The notes under the pieces are model-generated. The model made no database searches and was not told the DNA's origin. It was given only the letters and a program-made list of their open reading frames with translations. A stretch of 64,000 nt of DNA from Patellaria atrata CBS 101060. Its lineage: Eukaryota. A program made the position numbers and the translations under genes. Below, piece by piece: positions 62,001-64,000 of this stretch (position 1 is its first letter; each line of letters opens with the position of its first letter). The stretch is taken from assembly GCA_010093705.1 (NCBI GenBank), contig MU006112.1:186001-250000 (forward strand). The letters run 5' to 3'.

Positions 62001-62197
62001 GATGCTTCTGTCTGCTGTTGCGATGTTGGATACTGATTTGGATTGGTGTTGTTGACAGTCGAGCCAGATTGTTGGTATCCGCTAGGACTTGGGGCAACAG
62101 GAGGACGAAATTGTGGTGTATTCGGTTTCGTTCGGGGAGTACCCGGTTGACTAAGACCAGGAGAGGCGATCCCCCGGTACATAGAAAATTCAGACAT
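59031..62197 (-). CDS. sfb3: COPII Sec24C/D-type paralog (Sfb3/Lst1-like), 3 exons
   Basis: DQGNASPRFMRLT, GPPRCRRCRTYINPFM..FVCNMC, QRPELTQGTVEF, GFQALMKVRCSNGL, ALLYTTASGERRVR and GQLVLPENLK; introns at ~60407-60362 and ~59178-59124; ends ...KTPYWG*. Confidence 0.94.
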
Positions 62198-63036
62198 ATT
62201 CCTGAGTTATACTGGAAAGTCTAAGAAAGAGACTGAGGGGGGAAGTAGAGATACGCGGTTTACACGTCGCGCCGAGTTGAGAATTTCTGAACTACGTAGT
62301 CCAGGGATGATATCATATCATTGAAACATAAAGGTCAAAAGTTAGGTCCTGGAATCGTCTCATAACACCGTCGACCACATTTTCTCAGGAAAGATGTGAA
62401 CACTTTGCAGTCTAACAGAACAATTGGCACTATCGCGGAAATGTAGGCTCACCGCCCGCCAAGGGCAGCCACATCTCCTTGATCCTTCATTTCAGGAGTG
62501 ACTTCCACCCAACCTCAAGTAGGGAATAATCTTGCTTACCACCTCATCTCCTTATCTTCTATCTTGAGCTCACAAGATTGCTATGTGACGAGGGGAAGGG
62601 TAAGTTGGCCCTACTAACCTCACATTGTAAAGTCTATCCTTGCGCTGGGAAATGTTCTTGTTCATCTTTCATGAGCAATTCAAGATGAACTCATAAAGTT
62701 ATAGACACAGATTGGCTAAGCTGCGCCTCTCTAACAAAACAAATGAAATTGTGGTGTCCACCTCAGTACTACGCATATTCAAACGCTAGAAACCATCGAA
62801 GCCCCTTAAAAACACGCCAACGTCCAACGTACCAAACCCTGTACAAAAGGCAAAATTCAAAAATAAAGAAGCAAAAGATCCAAATCGCTGTACAATATAC
62901 AGCCCGTCAACATAGAACAAAGTCAATATCAACTCCACCAGTACAGAACTAGCACAAAGGTATAGAACTGTACAGTACAAACCCTTCCTACGGGTAAACC
63001 GCCAAAACCAAAGGAAAACTTGAATAATCAATAGGA

Positions 63037-63939
63037 TTATAAGTTCCCATTCTCATTTGGCCTCACTATCTTCTTGATACCATCCCAGCATCTCTTTCCA
63101 AATGGTTTGACCACATCTTGTTTCTCTTCCTCCTTCTTTTCGACCGACGTGGAGCCCCTCTTCTTCTCCCGCTTATCTCCTCTTTCTTTTTCTAGCACTT
63201 TTGTACCAGTTTCTTCAATTGTACGCTCGTTTGCTTCCTGCTTCATGACCTGCGCAGCGAGAATCTGGTCGTACTGCCTGATCTGCGCATTCCAATCCCC
63301 ATCTGCCCAAGAACCCTCTTCCCAGTTGTCATCATTATTGCACTCCCACGGTACTTCTCTAAAGATAGGAGCCTGGACAACTTCATTCCGTACAACAGTT
63401 TCCCTCGTTTCCGTTGGTACAGCATCTTCTTCGACCAGGAAATTCTCACCCGGCGCAAGTGGAGAGTAGTCTTCCAAGCCCTCAGCGTACGTCTCTACGT
63501 ATTCCCTTACACGTGTCATCTCCTCTTCTACCTTATCGCACACTTGTTCGCTATGGCCAGCCTCGATGTCTTGGTGGGAGTGTACAGCACCGCGTGGAGA
63601 CTTTTGATGACGAGCTTGCTCGCCGCAAAGCTGTTGGCGTGGTATCAATGAGAGTGTAAACCTCATTCCGCCCCGCGTGAGAGGTATCAATGCGCAATCG
63701 CATCGTACATCGTCTGGTTGCTGTACATCATCGTCGGCAGGAGAGGTCGAGAGAGGTGGGGTTGAAGAAGGTAAGGAGGGAGGAGAAGGAGTAGAAGAAG
63801 AAGAACGGGAGGATGGAGGAGGGGAGGGTTGTACACTTTCGGTATCACGTGCCTGGGAGGAGGTGTAGTATCTTATACGGGGCCGGCGCGTAGAGATGTT
63901 GGCTGCGATAGCAGCTAATCGGGTTTGTACATTTCCCAT
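63037..63939 (-). CDS. Orphan hydrophilic protein, ~300 aa, starting MGNVQT (possible N-myristoylation)
   Basis: Open 900-nt frame from ATG 63939 with a Ser/Pro tract and an acidic/charged C-terminus; no recognised domain. Confidence 0.55.
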   Translation of the reverse strand: MGNVQTRLAAIAANISTRRPRIRYYTSSQARDTESVQPSPPPSSRSSSSTPSPPSLPSSTPPLSTSPADDDVQQPDDVRCDCALIPLTRGGMRFTLSLIPRQQLCGEQARHQKSPRGAVHSHQDIEAGHSEQVCDKVEEEMTRVREYVETYAEGLEDYSPLAPGENFLVEEDAVPTETRETVVRNEVVQAPIFREVPWECNNDDNWEEGSWADGDWNAQIRQYDQILAAQVMKQEANERTIEETGTKVLEKERGDKREKKRGSTSVEKKEEEKQDVVKPFGKRCWDGIKKIVRPNENGNL

Positions 63940-64000
63940 TGTGACCGTTTCCACAATCGTATTGTGGTTTTACGCAGAAAGTGATTTCGTATAATTTCTT

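Overview
Gene-dense eukaryotic window from a filamentous ascomycete (Pezizomycotina, inferred from the gene set and the ~50-nt GT-AG introns with CTRAC/CTAAT branch points). About 19 protein genes are supported. They encode a Pac2-type WOPR regulator, cytochrome b5, Dph7, kinesin-10, a secreted Ser/Thr/Pro-rich protein, a Bcr1/Usv1/DvrA-type C2H2 factor, both Sec24 paralogs, two Zn2Cys6 factors, Atm1, Aim24 (largely missed by the ORF track), Rad54, Alg9, a divergent Naf1-like protein, uL15/RPL28 and several orphan or F-box-like proteins. The most unusual material is non-coding and lies between dph7 and the kinesin. One element is a ~180-nt candidate RNA polymerase III gene (A box, near-consensus B box, TATA, T-run terminator) that is not a tRNA and folds into a long panhandle. 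About 0.9 kb away is an array of five or six degenerate ~60-bp repeats, one of them inverted. Also seen: a 323-bp hAT-type MITE, a head-to-head pair of MC-x7-PC micro-ORFs, a Rad54 start codon split by an intron, a 34-bp minisatellite downstream of the Naf1-like gene, and a recurrent C-rich to G-rich strand switch at gene 3' ends. All exon structures and RNA folds were read by eye; no database searches were run.
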